Assembly (NCBI GenBank): GCA_050950165.1
Contig: JBMNHC010000001.1
Span: 255,151 to 319,150 of the forward strand
Length of the DNA: 64,000 nt
Direction: 5' to 3'
DNA from: Candidatus Dojkabacteria bacterium
GTDB lineage: Bacteria; Patescibacteriota; Dojkabacteria; SC72
The position numbers were made by a program, and so were the translations under genes. Below the pieces are notes generated by a model. It worked only from the letters and a program-made list of their open reading frames with translations. It made no database searches and was not told the DNA's origin. This document shows positions 29,230 to 39,584 of this stretch, one piece after another (position 1 is the first letter of the stretch; each line of letters begins with the position of its first letter).

Positions 29230-29685
29230 ATGAGAGATAATAAATATTTAGAAAATTTACTATACGACATCTGGGAGAACAATTTCTCCGATATTCCTAG
29301 ACTAAATATTGTACTAATTAAATATGGCAAATACTCTAAAAGACAGTTAGGGAGTATAAAGATGATTAAAGAGAGAAATATCTTTAAAAGATATATACAG
29401 AAGTTAGGATTAAAGAGAGATTCTTTTGATAACAACTCCATATCCCTAATCTTAATTACAAGATATTTTACAGATCCAGAAGTTCCAGAATATGTAATTA
29501 GATCAACAATTGCTCATGAACTATGTCACTATGCTCATGGTTTTAACTCTCCACTAAAAAGAATGTATAGATATCCTCATCAGGGAGGAATTATTAAAAA
29601 AGAATTAGCAAAAAGAGGGTTAGCAGATATCTATAAAGATTCTAAAAAGTGGTTAAAGAGTAATTGGGTAAAAGTTGTTTCTTAA
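29230..29685 (+). CDS. HExxH zinc metallopeptidase-like protein (SprT/DUF45/ImmA-like)
   Basis: The only motif is IAHELCHYAHGF (HExxH plus a third His). Length is 151 aa. Confidence 0.5.
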   Translation: MRDNKYLENLLYDIWENNFSDIPRLNIVLIKYGKYSKRQLGSIKMIKERNIFKRYIQKLGLKRDSFDNNSISLILITRYFTDPEVPEYVIRSTIAHELCHYAHGFNSPLKRMYRYPHQGGIIKKELAKRGLADIYKDSKKWLKSNWVKVVS

Positions 29686-29740
29686 AGAAGAACCCATATT
29701 ACATATCTCTTTCTTTGTTTACAGCATACAATTCTTAAAC

Positions 29741-30283
29741 ATGAAACGGGATTATATAGGAGAAAATATCCGTATATACAGAGAAAGAGCTAATTTAACA
29801 CAACAAGAGTTAGCAGATAAAGTAGGAGTATCTTGGGAGATGATATCTAGATACGAAAGATTAGCTAGCTCACCCGTAAACAAGATAGAAAAGCTTGCAG
29901 ATGCACTTGGCGTAAAGAAATCCCAATTAATGGAAGAACATATACCTAGTAGTATAAATAGCATGGACTTGCGTGTTCCTCTCTTTACACGAATACCCAT
30001 TCCTCCTAGATTTAGTCCTACTCAAACTAATTACTACTATCAATGTCCTGAGTGGATACTCATTAATCACAAGGGTGTCATCGCATTGGATAATTCAATA
30101 GTACAATCTAATGTAGTTACACTCTCTACTCAAGGCTTACTGTATGTATCAACAGAGTACAAACTAAAAGGTGATGAATATATTGTGGTTAAAAACTCTA
30201 CCACCTTAGAGGTAAAAAAGTATCAAGGAGAAAACAGTGAAAAGATTTTAGGTATATTAATTGCCCAAGAGGTTAGATATTAA
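29741..30283 (+). CDS. XRE-family HTH transcriptional regulator with a putative LexA-like (S24-like) C-terminal domain
   Basis: The HTH_3 region is GENIRIYRERANLTQQELADKVGVSWEMISRYER. The C-terminus (VPLFTRIPIPP...KGDEYIVV...ILGILIAQEV) resembles a LexA C-domain but lacks a clear GDSM. The ORF-track start at 29675 is an upstream extension. Confidence 0.6.
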   Translation: MKRDYIGENIRIYRERANLTQQELADKVGVSWEMISRYERLASSPVNKIEKLADALGVKKSQLMEEHIPSSINSMDLRVPLFTRIPIPPRFSPTQTNYYYQCPEWILINHKGVIALDNSIVQSNVVTLSTQGLLYVSTEYKLKGDEYIVVKNSTTLEVKKYQGENSEKILGILIAQEVRY

Positions 30284-30310
30284 AAGCCCCGAACTAACTC
30301 GGGGCTTCGA
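30284..30310. terminator. Bidirectional rho-independent terminator between the convergent XRE regulator gene and groEL
   Basis: The hairpin is GCCCCGA-actaac-TCGGGGC (30286-30305), flanked by an A-run on one side and a T-containing tract on the other. Confidence 0.7.
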
Positions 30311-30312
30311 AA

Positions 30313-31938
30313 CTACATCATTCCTCCCATTCCTGACATATCTGGAGAGACAGGAGCTGAAGATTTCTCTTCTGGTATATCTGCTACTACTGCCTCTGTT
30401 GTAATCAACATTGTAGCTACAGATGCTGCATTTACAAGCGCAAGCCTTGTAACCTTCACAGGATCTATAATCCCTGTATCAAGCATATCTACATACTCAT
30501 CTGTCTTTGCATTGTATCCAATCTTACCACTACACTTTGAAGATACTACAGCACCATCCTTACCTGCATTCTCTGCAATCTGTTTAAGAGGCTCATTTAG
30601 TACACTCTTTAAAATCTCAACACCTAACTGCTCATCTGCATCTTCCAAAGAAACTTTTTCCAAAGATGGAATCATATTCTGAAGAGCTAAACCTCCTCCA
30701 ACAACTACACCTTCTTCAATAGCTGCCCTTGTTGCATTAATAGCATCTTCTACTCTCTGTTTCTTCTCTTTAGCTTCCACCTCTGATGCTGCACCAACTT
30801 TAATTACTGCTACACCACCCGCTATCCTTGCAATTCTCTCTTGTAATTTCTCTCTATCATAGTCAGAAGAAGAGTTCTCCATCTCAGCTTTAATCTCAGA
30901 TACTCTCTTTTTAATATCTGTATCTTTACCTGCACCTTCTACAATGATTGTTTTCTCTTTGTTAATAATGACCTTCTTTGCACTACCCAAATCAGTAAGT
31001 CCTACTGAGTCTAAAGTCTTACCAATCTCATCGGAAATATACTCTGCTCCTGTAATAGTAGCAATATCTTTTAACATCTCTTTTTTCCTGTCACCAAACC
31101 CAGGTGCTTTAACAGCTACTACATTAAGAGTACCTCTAAGTTTGTTAACAACCAATGTAGCTAATGCCTGATTCTCAATATCATCAGCAACTATTACCAA
31201 AGGCCTATCTGCTGCAGCCAAAACCTTCTCTGCAATAGCTTGAATCTCTTGCAAACTAGATAGCTTCTTGTCCGTCACAAAGATGTAAGGATTCTCCATA
31301 ACTGCTTCCTGAGTCTGAGCATCAGTAACAAAATATGAACTTACATACCCCTGATCAAACTGCATACCCTCTGTATATTCAATTTCATCTAAAAAACCCT
31401 TAGCTTCCTCTACTGTAATTACACCATCTTTACCAACTCTCTCAAATACATCACCGATCATATCTCCTAATTCCTTATCATTGTTTGAGGAAATTGTTGC
31501 TACCTGAGCAATCTCTTCCCTACTATTTATCTTCTTAGCAGACTTCTGTAAAGCCTTCACAACTATTTCTACCCCCTTATCCAAACCCCTCTTAACTGCG
31601 ATAGGGTTAGCACCTGCTGCAACATTTTTAAAACCTGCATTAGCTATAGCTTGAGCTAACACTATAACAGTAGTAGTACCATCTCCTGCTAAATCATTAA
31701 CCTTCCTAGATGCATCTTTTAACATCTCTACCCCTACATTCTTAAAAGGATCTTTATCCTCTATCTCTTTTGCAACTGTAACACCGTCCTTTGTGACAAC
31801 CTGTGTACCAAAACTCTTAGCTACTGCAACGTTCCTTCCCTTTGGTCCAAGAGTAGTTTTAACAGCATTTGCAATGGTATCAACACCTGCTTTAAGAGCT
31901 TTTCTTGCCTCCTCATCATATATTATTGATTTTGCCAT
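30313..31938 (-). CDS. groL: Chaperonin GroEL (60 kDa)
   Basis: [20 protein letters not shown]...[12 protein letters not shown]...GGMM C-terminal tail. Confidence 0.97.
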   Translation of the reverse strand: MAKSIIYDEEARKALKAGVDTIANAVKTTLGPKGRNVAVAKSFGTQVVTKDGVTVAKEIEDKDPFKNVGVEMLKDASRKVNDLAGDGTTTVIVLAQAIANAGFKNVAAGANPIAVKRGLDKGVEIVVKALQKSAKKINSREEIAQVATISSNNDKELGDMIGDVFERVGKDGVITVEEAKGFLDEIEYTEGMQFDQGYVSSYFVTDAQTQEAVMENPYIFVTDKKLSSLQEIQAIAEKVLAAADRPLVIVADDIENQALATLVVNKLRGTLNVVAVKAPGFGDRKKEMLKDIATITGAEYISDEIGKTLDSVGLTDLGSAKKVIINKEKTIIVEGAGKDTDIKKRVSEIKAEMENSSSDYDREKLQERIARIAGGVAVIKVGAASEVEAKEKKQRVEDAINATRAAIEEGVVVGGGLALQNMIPSLEKVSLEDADEQLGVEILKSVLNEPLKQIAENAGKDGAVVSSKCSGKIGYNAKTDEYVDMLDTGIIDPVKVTRLALVNAASVATMLITTEAVVADIPEEKSSAPVSPDMSGMGGMM

Positions 31939-31967
31939 ATTTAATTTAGTAAAAATTTAAACTAGTT

Positions 31968-32270
31968 CTACTTAACAATAGCTAGAATATCTTCAGCTTC
32001 TAAAATGTAGAATTCTTTTCCATCAACCTCTATCTCTTCTGGAGAATATCTCTTGAAATATACTAAATCTCCAACCTTAACATCAAACTTTAATACCTTA
32101 CCTTCCTTATCCTTACCTGTACCTAACTTAACAACTTCTCCAAATGCTGGCTTTTTATCATCCGTAGCACTAGGAGGAATAACTAAACCTCCAGGAGTCT
32201 TCTCTTGTACTTCTTGAGGTTTAACAACAACCCTATTACCAAGGGGAGTAATTTTAATCTCGCTAGACAT
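31968..32270 (-). CDS. groS: Co-chaperonin GroES (10 kDa)
   Basis: ITPLGNRVVVKPQE...GGLVIP... Length is 100 aa and it sits immediately upstream of groEL. Confidence 0.95.
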   Translation of the reverse strand: MSSEIKITPLGNRVVVKPQEVQEKTPGGLVIPPSATDDKKPAFGEVVKLGTGKDKEGKVLKFDVKVGDLVYFKRYSPEEIEVDGKEFYILEAEDILAIVK

Positions 32271-32291
32271 AAAATTAGAGTAACAATTTAA

Positions 32292-32349
32292 TTAGCAAAT
32301 ATTGCAAGTGACTGCTAATGATTTTAGAGTTATAAACAGAAAATGTCAA
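32292..32349 (-). promoter_or_regulatory. groES promoter (TTGACA-N17-TAAAAT) followed by a CIRCE-like HrcA operator
   Basis: On the minus strand, TTGACA (plus 32344-32349), a 17-nt spacer and TAAAAT (plus 32321-32326) are followed by TTAGCAGTC-N9-ATTTGCTAA (plus 32292-32318). Confidence 0.6.
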
Positions 32350-32939
32350 TATCTAGACCCCTTTATAACAATCTTGTCATCTAACAATTCGATATTTTCC
32401 AAATATCTACCAGAGAACCCATTCTCATTTACAACAACTAACCCACTCGCTATCCCATCATTTATCTTCTCAATTAAAAACGGTAAGGAGAGATACCCAA
32501 TCTTAATATCTGTTACATATAGCTGAGCACTCTGTACATTGTCTTTCTTTAAAGTAAACATCGTCCATACAGAAGCCACTCTGTATTTCATTCCTAAATA
32601 TATATTCCAACTACTTAAAGAAGGCTCAATATATACCCTCTCAATACTTACTTTGTTCTCCAAATACTCATCTAATACACTTAAAAGAATATGACCAAAC
32701 TCAGAGGGAGTAAGAGAGAGAAAGTCTGTATCCTGCTCAGAGAGAGTAAAAAGAGATATCTTCTTTACCAAAGTTTCATCCATAGAGCTATCAGACAGAA
32801 TTAAATTCTCTTGCAACATACCATCTCTAAATTCCGTATACCATCTACTGTAGCTAAGTAAGAAAACACCAATACCAAAGATTGTTAACAAGATGATGGT
32901 AGAGATTGTGATAGAAAAGATTTTAAGAAATTTCCTCAC
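32346..32939 (-). CDS. Hypothetical membrane-anchored protein
   Basis: There is an N-terminal TM (IFSITISTIILLTIFGIGVFLL) and no recognisable domain. It lies upstream of groES in the same orientation. Confidence 0.45.
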   Translation of the reverse strand: MRKFLKIFSITISTIILLTIFGIGVFLLSYSRWYTEFRDGMLQENLILSDSSMDETLVKKISLFTLSEQDTDFLSLTPSEFGHILLSVLDEYLENKVSIERVYIEPSLSSWNIYLGMKYRVASVWTMFTLKKDNVQSAQLYVTDIKIGYLSLPFLIEKINDGIASGLVVVNENGFSGRYLENIELLDDKIVIKGSRY

Positions 32940-32942
32940 CTT

Positions 32943-34715
32943 TTACTTACTCAAGTTAGTAGTACTACTAAAGCGACCCTTTAAAGACTTGAGCAGTTTC
33001 TCTACCTGTACAAACTGTTCAGGAGAGAAAATCTTAGACCCGACAAGATACGAGAACAAACCATACACAGAAGTTAAGCCTGTTAATATGATTACATATA
33101 CCGTCCTACTAGTATCTAGTTGGAAGTCAAACAACCTAAAGACAAGATACATTCCAAACATCATAATGATAGTATTAAGAGTCTTAAGTAGAGTTGGATA
33201 CACAGTATCGTTCCAAGAGATTAACTTCCTCTTTCTGTTTAACAAGAACATAGCAAGTATTAGTTGTATAAAATATGCCAAACTTAAACTTAAAGCTAAA
33301 CCACCAACTCCAAAATTAGAACCTCCCCTAGTTGTCATCCACTTGATTAAATCTCTACCAAAAGAACCAAGAACAGAAGTAACCCCTTCTCCATTTGCTT
33401 GAGAGAGTTGAATCCAAATCTGTTCTAAAATAGGGCGCCAGTCATAGTAATGACTAAAGAAGTTAGTAAAAAAATATGCTCCTAAAAGATTAATAGCAAT
33501 ACCCACAATAATGGCAAGAAGAGGTACCCAGGTTTCCTTTAATGCATAGAATGCTCTCAATACTATCTGTACAACTGTTTGACCAATAATGGAGATGGAG
33601 AGAAGAGCTAAGGCCCATGAGGTTAGAATTGTATCTTGCCAGTCAAAAGCACCAGTACCATAAATTAAACGAACAATTGGAAGTCTTAATATTACCATAA
33701 CAGCTACAATGGGAAGAACTAAATAGAGTGCAAGCTGTATAGCATCATTAAATGCTTTCTTAAACTCCCTATCCTGCTTCTGTGTACAATATTTTGCAAA
33801 GTCAGGTAAAGAAACCTGAGCTACTGCACTACCAATAATATTGATAGGAAACAGATGTAAGCTATATGCAAATCTGTATGCACTTAAAGCTCCTGCAGTA
33901 AGTGTAAAACTAATAAAGGTATTAACAATGGTATTAAACTGCTCACCTAGTACACCTAACATCCTTGGAGTAGCAAGTCTTACTGCTCTAATAACATTAG
34001 GCTCCCTAAAGATACTTCTGAATGTAAAACTTTTACCTTTCTCTTCTTTGTAATACTTAAGAAGAAGTGGAACCTGTATAAAGAGATGTACTACTGAACC
34101 TACTACCGCTGCCCAAGCAATACCTTCTACTCCTAAATCTGTGTAAAGTACAAATACATAAGAGCCAATTATCATAGCTACGTTGTAAAAGAGAGGTGCT
34201 AAAGATGTAACAAAGAACTGTTTCTTAACTTGTAGATATGCTGTAATAAATGCACTAATACTAAGAAAAAGAGGAGACAGAAGACCAATTCTAAACATGT
34301 TAATAAATAGGTCGTAGTCTGTAGGAGAGATTCTGTATGACATATTAAAGATATTGGTTGCATATTCATTAGTTACTACCCAATGTGTAATTTGAGGAGT
34401 AAATACAAATACAACCAATAGAGCTAAGAATGTTACCGAGAAAAAAAGAATCGTTAGTTGTTTAAACAACCTATTAAAACTCTCCTTACCCTTGTCATAC
34501 AAGACATCAGAAAGGATTGGAATAATGGCAGCATTAATAGAGCCTGCAACTAATACCATAAAGATAACATCAGGTATCGTAAAGGCAGCCCAAAAGATAT
34601 CTAATTCATGAGATGCACCAAAAAGTTCTGCAAATATTCTTAACTTCCAGAAACCTAAAAGCTTCGTTACTAATAGCAGAAGCATTACTGTAAATACACC
34701 GTTTTTCTTTTTCAT
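32943..34715 (-). CDS. murJ: Lipid II flippase MurJ (MviN family)
   Basis: LLGFWKLRIFAELFGASHELDIFWAAFTIPDVIFMVLVAGSINAAIIPILS is the MurJ N-terminal signature. The protein is polytopic over 590 aa. Confidence 0.85.
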   Translation of the reverse strand: MKKKNGVFTVMLLLLVTKLLGFWKLRIFAELFGASHELDIFWAAFTIPDVIFMVLVAGSINAAIIPILSDVLYDKGKESFNRLFKQLTILFFSVTFLALLVVFVFTPQITHWVVTNEYATNIFNMSYRISPTDYDLFINMFRIGLLSPLFLSISAFITAYLQVKKQFFVTSLAPLFYNVAMIIGSYVFVLYTDLGVEGIAWAAVVGSVVHLFIQVPLLLKYYKEEKGKSFTFRSIFREPNVIRAVRLATPRMLGVLGEQFNTIVNTFISFTLTAGALSAYRFAYSLHLFPINIIGSAVAQVSLPDFAKYCTQKQDREFKKAFNDAIQLALYLVLPIVAVMVILRLPIVRLIYGTGAFDWQDTILTSWALALLSISIIGQTVVQIVLRAFYALKETWVPLLAIIVGIAINLLGAYFFTNFFSHYYDWRPILEQIWIQLSQANGEGVTSVLGSFGRDLIKWMTTRGGSNFGVGGLALSLSLAYFIQLILAMFLLNRKRKLISWNDTVYPTLLKTLNTIIMMFGMYLVFRLFDFQLDTSRTVYVIILTGLTSVYGLFSYLVGSKIFSPEQFVQVEKLLKSLKGRFSSTTNLSK

Positions 34716-34795
34716 ATTTAATAAGCGACTAATATAATAATAGATAAGATAATAATTATCAAATATTTTTAATAAGGATTAGATAATATCTAAGT

Positions 34796-35290
34796 ATGAA
34801 TATGATGGATATTCTCTTTCCTAAGCAATGCATAGTATGTTCAAGAATAGGATTTGAAATATGTGATCACTGTCTAACAGAGATACCTAAAGCTTTACCT
34901 ACATGCATATTTTGCAATAGACTTAGCAACCAAGGAGTCCCACACAGAGAGTGTTTAGAAATGGATAAAGATATTGTATGGATACGAGGATGGAATCTAT
35001 CTAAGAAACAGAGATTTCTATTTGATCTAAAGAGAAAGAACTCTCTCTTTTCAATATATATATTTCTCATGGATAAACTCTTAGAAGAGAAAGGACTTTC
35101 CAAATACAACTTAACAACAAGCCCATTAACTAGCTCTCATCTAGATATCTGTATCTCTAAAAAGTACAACAATAACAAGAAAGGAGAACCTCTTTTTCTA
35201 ATTGGAGAGAGAGTATTAAATAGAAAGAAATTACTAAGCAGGTTAAAAGAGGTACAAGAGAAAAGAATTAATATCCTAACAATATTTTAA
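34796..35290 (+). CDS. ComF-like double zinc-ribbon protein with a degenerate/truncated phosphoribosyltransferase part
   Basis: ILFPKQCIVCSRIGFEICDHCL...CIFCNR has the ComFC-type CxxC arrangement. The C-terminal LFLIGERVLNRKKLLSRLKE resembles the PRT motif, but the acidic pair is lost. It is only 164 aa. Confidence 0.45.
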   Translation: MNMMDILFPKQCIVCSRIGFEICDHCLTEIPKALPTCIFCNRLSNQGVPHRECLEMDKDIVWIRGWNLSKKQRFLFDLKRKNSLFSIYIFLMDKLLEEKGLSKYNLTTSPLTSSHLDICISKKYNNNKKGEPLFLIGERVLNRKKLLSRLKEVQEKRINILTIF

Positions 35291-37581
35291 TCTGCAGGTT
35301 CAAAATCTTCTAAGGAGAAATCACCATCATTCTCTTTTAAAATATCTCCATCTGAGGAAGCACTCCCTCCAAACTCTTCAATGGAATCTAGGATACTTTT
35401 ATACATAGGATCTTCCTGCAATTTGTTAACCTCCATAATCTTCTTTGCAGCTTCTAAGTAGCTAATAGCTGTTTTAGTCTCTCCTGACTCTTTTAAGATA
35501 CTTGCAGAGAGGACTAATGATGGAACATGCTGACCGTTAATAGTAAGACCTGCATTAAATGCAGCTAATGCTTTCTCATAGTCCTGCTTAATCATATATA
35601 TCTGACCAGCTCTGTAGTAAGACTCAAAATCTAAAGGATTAAGACTGGTAGCTCTTTGTAGAGCAAAAAGGGCATCCTCACTGTAATCAGAGAGCCCTAT
35701 CGAAAGAAGACCCATATATACATTAGCTCTTGCGTACCAGTTGGAATATATAAATGGAGCAGTCGTCACAGCCTCTCTAGATAGATCTATAGCTGAATTC
35801 TTCCAATTAGTTATCTCAGAGAGAACAGATGCTTTCTCTTCCTCAGATGACTTCTGGTACAACTCACTTAATACATTCATAATCTCTACAACTGTACCAC
35901 TAGCCTTTCTATTCGCCACAGGGCTAGAACTATCATATCTTAGAGCAGTAAGGTAGTAAGAAACTAATCTATCAAAAAATTTCTCTCTTACCTCCATAGT
36001 CACTTCAGACTCCTCAGTATATTTCTTCATTTCTTCTATAGAGTATGCTTCTGCCCTTGCAATATACATAGCAGAGAGAAGCTTAGATCCTAACGAAAAC
36101 ATAGATACAGAACAGAGAAGAATGAAAAGAATCGTTAGGAACCAATTAACACTATTTATCGTCTTACTAACATTTTGAGAAGCACGACCTACATGTACAG
36201 CCCAAAATTTTAAAAGAAACTGTTCATCACTTCCCTTAACAATATTTCTACTCATTAAAGAAAGAAGTAGTAAAACAAAGAATATGAAATACAAAAGGAA
36301 AGAGAAAGATACAAAGAATACAGAAAGATAGAAAATAATGGTAGAGATCTCAAGGATAGAAAGTAAGAGACCTTCCTTACCTTTCTGAGAAGTAAGATCC
36401 TCTATAAATACTCTAATGAGAACTAAACCAATTAATATCCATATTACTACTCCTAAAATACCTCTAGTTGCTAATGTAGTAAAGAACTCATTGGAAGAAG
36501 AGTTAAAGTTAACATTAGAAAGAGATATTGTTGATGGAGTAGCAGGTCTAAAAAGATTGTAGGCTACAGAAAAAGATTCATTACCTACACCTACTAGTCC
36601 TCTACCAAAATTCTCTACTACTGTCTTACTAGCTACAGACCATGAGAGATCAGAGGCTAAGTGTATTGGTGATACAACATCAAAAGATTTACCAAGAAGA
36701 GAATTTTTAAAAGAATCATACTGAAGCCCTATCGTAAATACCATAGCTAATATCACAAGAAGAGAGAGGATAGATGGAATAAATTTTAATTTCTTTTCTA
36801 ACTTAACGAACAGAAAGATAATTAAGAAGAGAAAACCTACAAACAGAAGTACTGGAAGTAATATTCCCTGTTTAATAGAAAACAGAGGTATGGATATAAA
36901 GCCTAGGAATATGGATATAAAAGGAAGAATAGTACTCTGATATCTTTTCTCTTTAAGATAGTACAGTAGTAGATATATAGAGAGTAATATTAATACTGCA
37001 GATAGTAAAACTATCTCATCTGAATAAAATGTTAAAGGTAAACCTGTAACAAAGAAATTCTTAAATACAGGCATCCAACCAAAAATATTAATCTTTAGAA
37101 ATGAGAGTAAGCTTAGTATTAATAGAGTAGATATTCCTAAGCTTAAAATTACAGATGATTTAACAATATACTTACTGCTATTTAAAAAGCTTCTAGAGAG
37201 GAAGAAGAATGCCAAAAGAATAGAAATAGATAAGAATCCTGTTCCTAATCTACCATCAAATCCCCATATAGCAGTCCATTTATCCAATGCAAAAATGGTA
37301 GAGATTAGAAATGAAAGTAATAGAAGTAATGATACTTTATCCAAAGAAGATTTAAATATGACAACCTTTCCATCCCATATCCATTTAATAAACTCTAACA
37401 AAAGTATTATAGATGAAAATACTATAAAAAATGTAATCTTAACTTGGTCAGTAGGATCCCATGGTAGAGGTAATACCAACCAAGGAATAAAAAAGAGAAG
37501 TATATAGAAAAATATTCTTTGAAAAAGAGATATATCAACTACACTGGCAGAGGTACTTGTCTTACTTTCATTTGTTAGCAT
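35287..37581 (-). CDS. Polytopic membrane protein with a C-terminal TPR-repeat domain
   Basis: Ten or more predicted TM helices are followed by TPR-like repeats (ALFALQRATSLNP...YYRAGQIYMIKQDYEKALAAFNAGLTING). The ORF-track start at 37644 is a TTG inside the dnaK terminator hairpin; the first ATG is at 37581. Confidence 0.6.
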   Translation of the reverse strand: MLTNESKTSTSASVVDISLFQRIFFYILLFFIPWLVLPLPWDPTDQVKITFFIVFSSIILLLEFIKWIWDGKVVIFKSSLDKVSLLLLLSFLISTIFALDKWTAIWGFDGRLGTGFLSISILLAFFFLSRSFLNSSKYIVKSSVILSLGISTLLILSLLSFLKINIFGWMPVFKNFFVTGLPLTFYSDEIVLLSAVLILLSIYLLLYYLKEKRYQSTILPFISIFLGFISIPLFSIKQGILLPVLLFVGFLFLIIFLFVKLEKKLKFIPSILSLLVILAMVFTIGLQYDSFKNSLLGKSFDVVSPIHLASDLSWSVASKTVVENFGRGLVGVGNESFSVAYNLFRPATPSTISLSNVNFNSSSNEFFTTLATRGILGVVIWILIGLVLIRVFIEDLTSQKGKEGLLLSILEISTIIFYLSVFFVSFSFLLYFIFFVLLLLSLMSRNIVKGSDEQFLLKFWAVHVGRASQNVSKTINSVNWFLTILFILLCSVSMFSLGSKLLSAMYIARAEAYSIEEMKKYTEESEVTMEVREKFFDRLVSYYLTALRYDSSSPVANRKASGTVVEIMNVLSELYQKSSEEEKASVLSEITNWKNSAIDLSREAVTTAPFIYSNWYARANVYMGLLSIGLSDYSEDALFALQRATSLNPLDFESYYRAGQIYMIKQDYEKALAAFNAGLTINGQHVPSLVLSASILKESGETKTAISYLEAAKKIMEVNKLQEDPMYKSILDSIEEFGGSASSDGDILKENDGDFSLEDFEPAD

Positions 37582-37633
37582 ATTAAAGACAGATAAATAA
37601 TTATTTACTAACAAATATCTTAGCAAAAATAGA

Positions 37634-37654
37634 AGAGGGGGCAAAGCCCCCTCT
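37634..37654 (-). terminator. Rho-independent terminator downstream of dnaK
   Basis: AGAGGGGGC-aaa-GCCCCCTCT forms a 9-bp GC-rich stem. On the minus strand it is followed by a T-run (TCTATTTTT). Confidence 0.65.
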
Positions 37655-37666
37655 AAAAGAAGACAA

Positions 37667-39565
37667 CTATTCTACTACCTCACCTTCCTTTACTTCATCC
37701 TTATCATCATCTTTCTTCTCTTCATCCTTAGATTCCTCTGAAGGTGTTTCCTTAGATGCTTTCTCATACATCTTCTTACTTACTTCTTGCATCTTCTTAG
37801 TTAATTTCTCAACCTCTTCTGCAAGTTTCTCTTCATCGAAATCTTCCTTCTCGATTATTTCTTTAACCTCTTCTACACCCTCTTTCAAATCCTTCTTGTC
37901 ATCTTCCTCTATCTTATCCCCATTCTCTTCTAGAAGTTTCTCTATACTAAAGCATAGGGAATCTGCATTGTTTCTCTCCTCTGCTCTCTTTCTCTTCTTC
38001 TTGTCCTCCTCTGCATGCTTAGATGCTTCTTCCACCATCTTTTCAATCTCTTCTTCTTTAAGACTTGTAGATGCTGTAATGGTAATCTTCTGCTCCTTGT
38101 TTGTAGCTAAATCTTTAGCATTTACATTTAAAATACCATTAGCATCGATAGTAAATATTACTTCTATCTGAGGAACACCTCTTGGTGCAGGAGGAATACC
38201 ATCGAGAACAAACCTACCTAATGTCTTGTTATCTGATGCCATCTCTCTCTCTCCTTGTAATACATGAATCTCTACACCTGGTTGGTTATCTGCAGCAGTA
38301 CTAAATATCTGCTTCTTCTCCACAGGTATAGTGGTATTTCTCTCTATCAATTTTGTCATTACTCCTCCTAATGTCTCTAAACCTAATGAAAGTGGAGTAA
38401 CATCTAAAAGTGTAATATCTTTTACATCACCACCAAGTACACCTCCCTGTACTGCAGCTCCGATAGCAACTACTTCATCAGGGTTTACACTCTTGTTTGG
38501 TTCTTTACCAAAAATCTCTTTAACCTTTTTAACAACAGCAGGCATTCTAGTCATACCACCAACAAGAAGTACTTCATCTATATCACTTAGTTCTAACTTA
38601 GCATCCTTAAGTGCTTTCTTACATGGAGATACTGTCTTCTCTATTAAATCTGCAGTCAACTTCTCTAAATCTGCTCTTGTAAGAGAAACCTTCAAGTGCT
38701 TTGGTCCACTAGATGTTGCTGTAATATATGGAATATTTATCTCTGTTTCCTCAGAAGTAGATAACTCTATTTTTGCTTTCTCAGAGGCCTCCTTTAATCT
38801 CTGTAATGCAGTCCTATCTTCTTTAAGATCTACTCCCTCGTTATCCTTAAACTCTACTACCAGTTTATCAATAATCTTTTGGTCGAAATCATCACCTCCT
38901 AAGTGAGTATCACCATTAGTAGAAAGAACTTCGAATACCCCATCCCCTATCTCTAGAATAGAGATATCGAATGTTCCACCACCTAAGTCAAAGATAGCAA
39001 CTTTCTCATCCTTCTTACTATCCAAGCCGTATGCTAGTGCAGCAGCAGTTGGCTCATTTACAATCCTCTTTACTTCCAGACCTGCAATCTTACCTGCATC
39101 TTTAGTAGCTTGTCTTTGTGAATCATCAAAGTATGCAGGAACAGTAATTACAGCCTCAGTAATTTTTTCTCCTAAGAACTCTTCTGCATCCTTCTTCATC
39201 TTGGCCAAGATCTTTGCAGATATCTCCTGAGGTGTGTACCACTTGTCACCCATCTTTACTTCAATACCATCACTACCAGATTTTCTCATCTCAAAAGGAA
39301 GAAGTTCTTTATCTTTTTTAACTTCATCATCTCCCCATGACCTACCTATTAATCTCTTAACAGAATAGATTGTTCCTTCTGGATTAGTAACAGCCTGATT
39401 CTTTGCAGGAGCACCAACCAATGTTTCCCCTTTATCATCGACTGCTACAATAGAGGGAGTTAATCTTCCTCCTTGTGTATTAGCAATGATATTAGGTTTA
39501 CCACCTGACATATATGCCATTGCACTATTGGTTGTACCTAAGTCTATTCCTATTATTTTTCCCAT
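37667..39565 (-). CDS. dnaK: Molecular chaperone DnaK (Hsp70)
   Basis: [26 protein letters not shown] and [13 protein letters not shown] are present, with an acidic EEVD-like tail. Length is 632 aa. Confidence 0.97.
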   Translation of the reverse strand: MGKIIGIDLGTTNSAMAYMSGGKPNIIANTQGGRLTPSIVAVDDKGETLVGAPAKNQAVTNPEGTIYSVKRLIGRSWGDDEVKKDKELLPFEMRKSGSDGIEVKMGDKWYTPQEISAKILAKMKKDAEEFLGEKITEAVITVPAYFDDSQRQATKDAGKIAGLEVKRIVNEPTAAALAYGLDSKKDEKVAIFDLGGGTFDISILEIGDGVFEVLSTNGDTHLGGDDFDQKIIDKLVVEFKDNEGVDLKEDRTALQRLKEASEKAKIELSTSEETEINIPYITATSSGPKHLKVSLTRADLEKLTADLIEKTVSPCKKALKDAKLELSDIDEVLLVGGMTRMPAVVKKVKEIFGKEPNKSVNPDEVVAIGAAVQGGVLGGDVKDITLLDVTPLSLGLETLGGVMTKLIERNTTIPVEKKQIFSTAADNQPGVEIHVLQGEREMASDNKTLGRFVLDGIPPAPRGVPQIEVIFTIDANGILNVNAKDLATNKEQKITITASTSLKEEEIEKMVEEASKHAEEDKKKRKRAEERNNADSLCFSIEKLLEENGDKIEEDDKKDLKEGVEEVKEIIEKEDFDEEKLAEEVEKLTKKMQEVSKKMYEKASKETPSEESKDEEKKDDDKDEVKEGEVVE

Positions 39566-39584
39566 ATTAATTAATATTAAAAAT

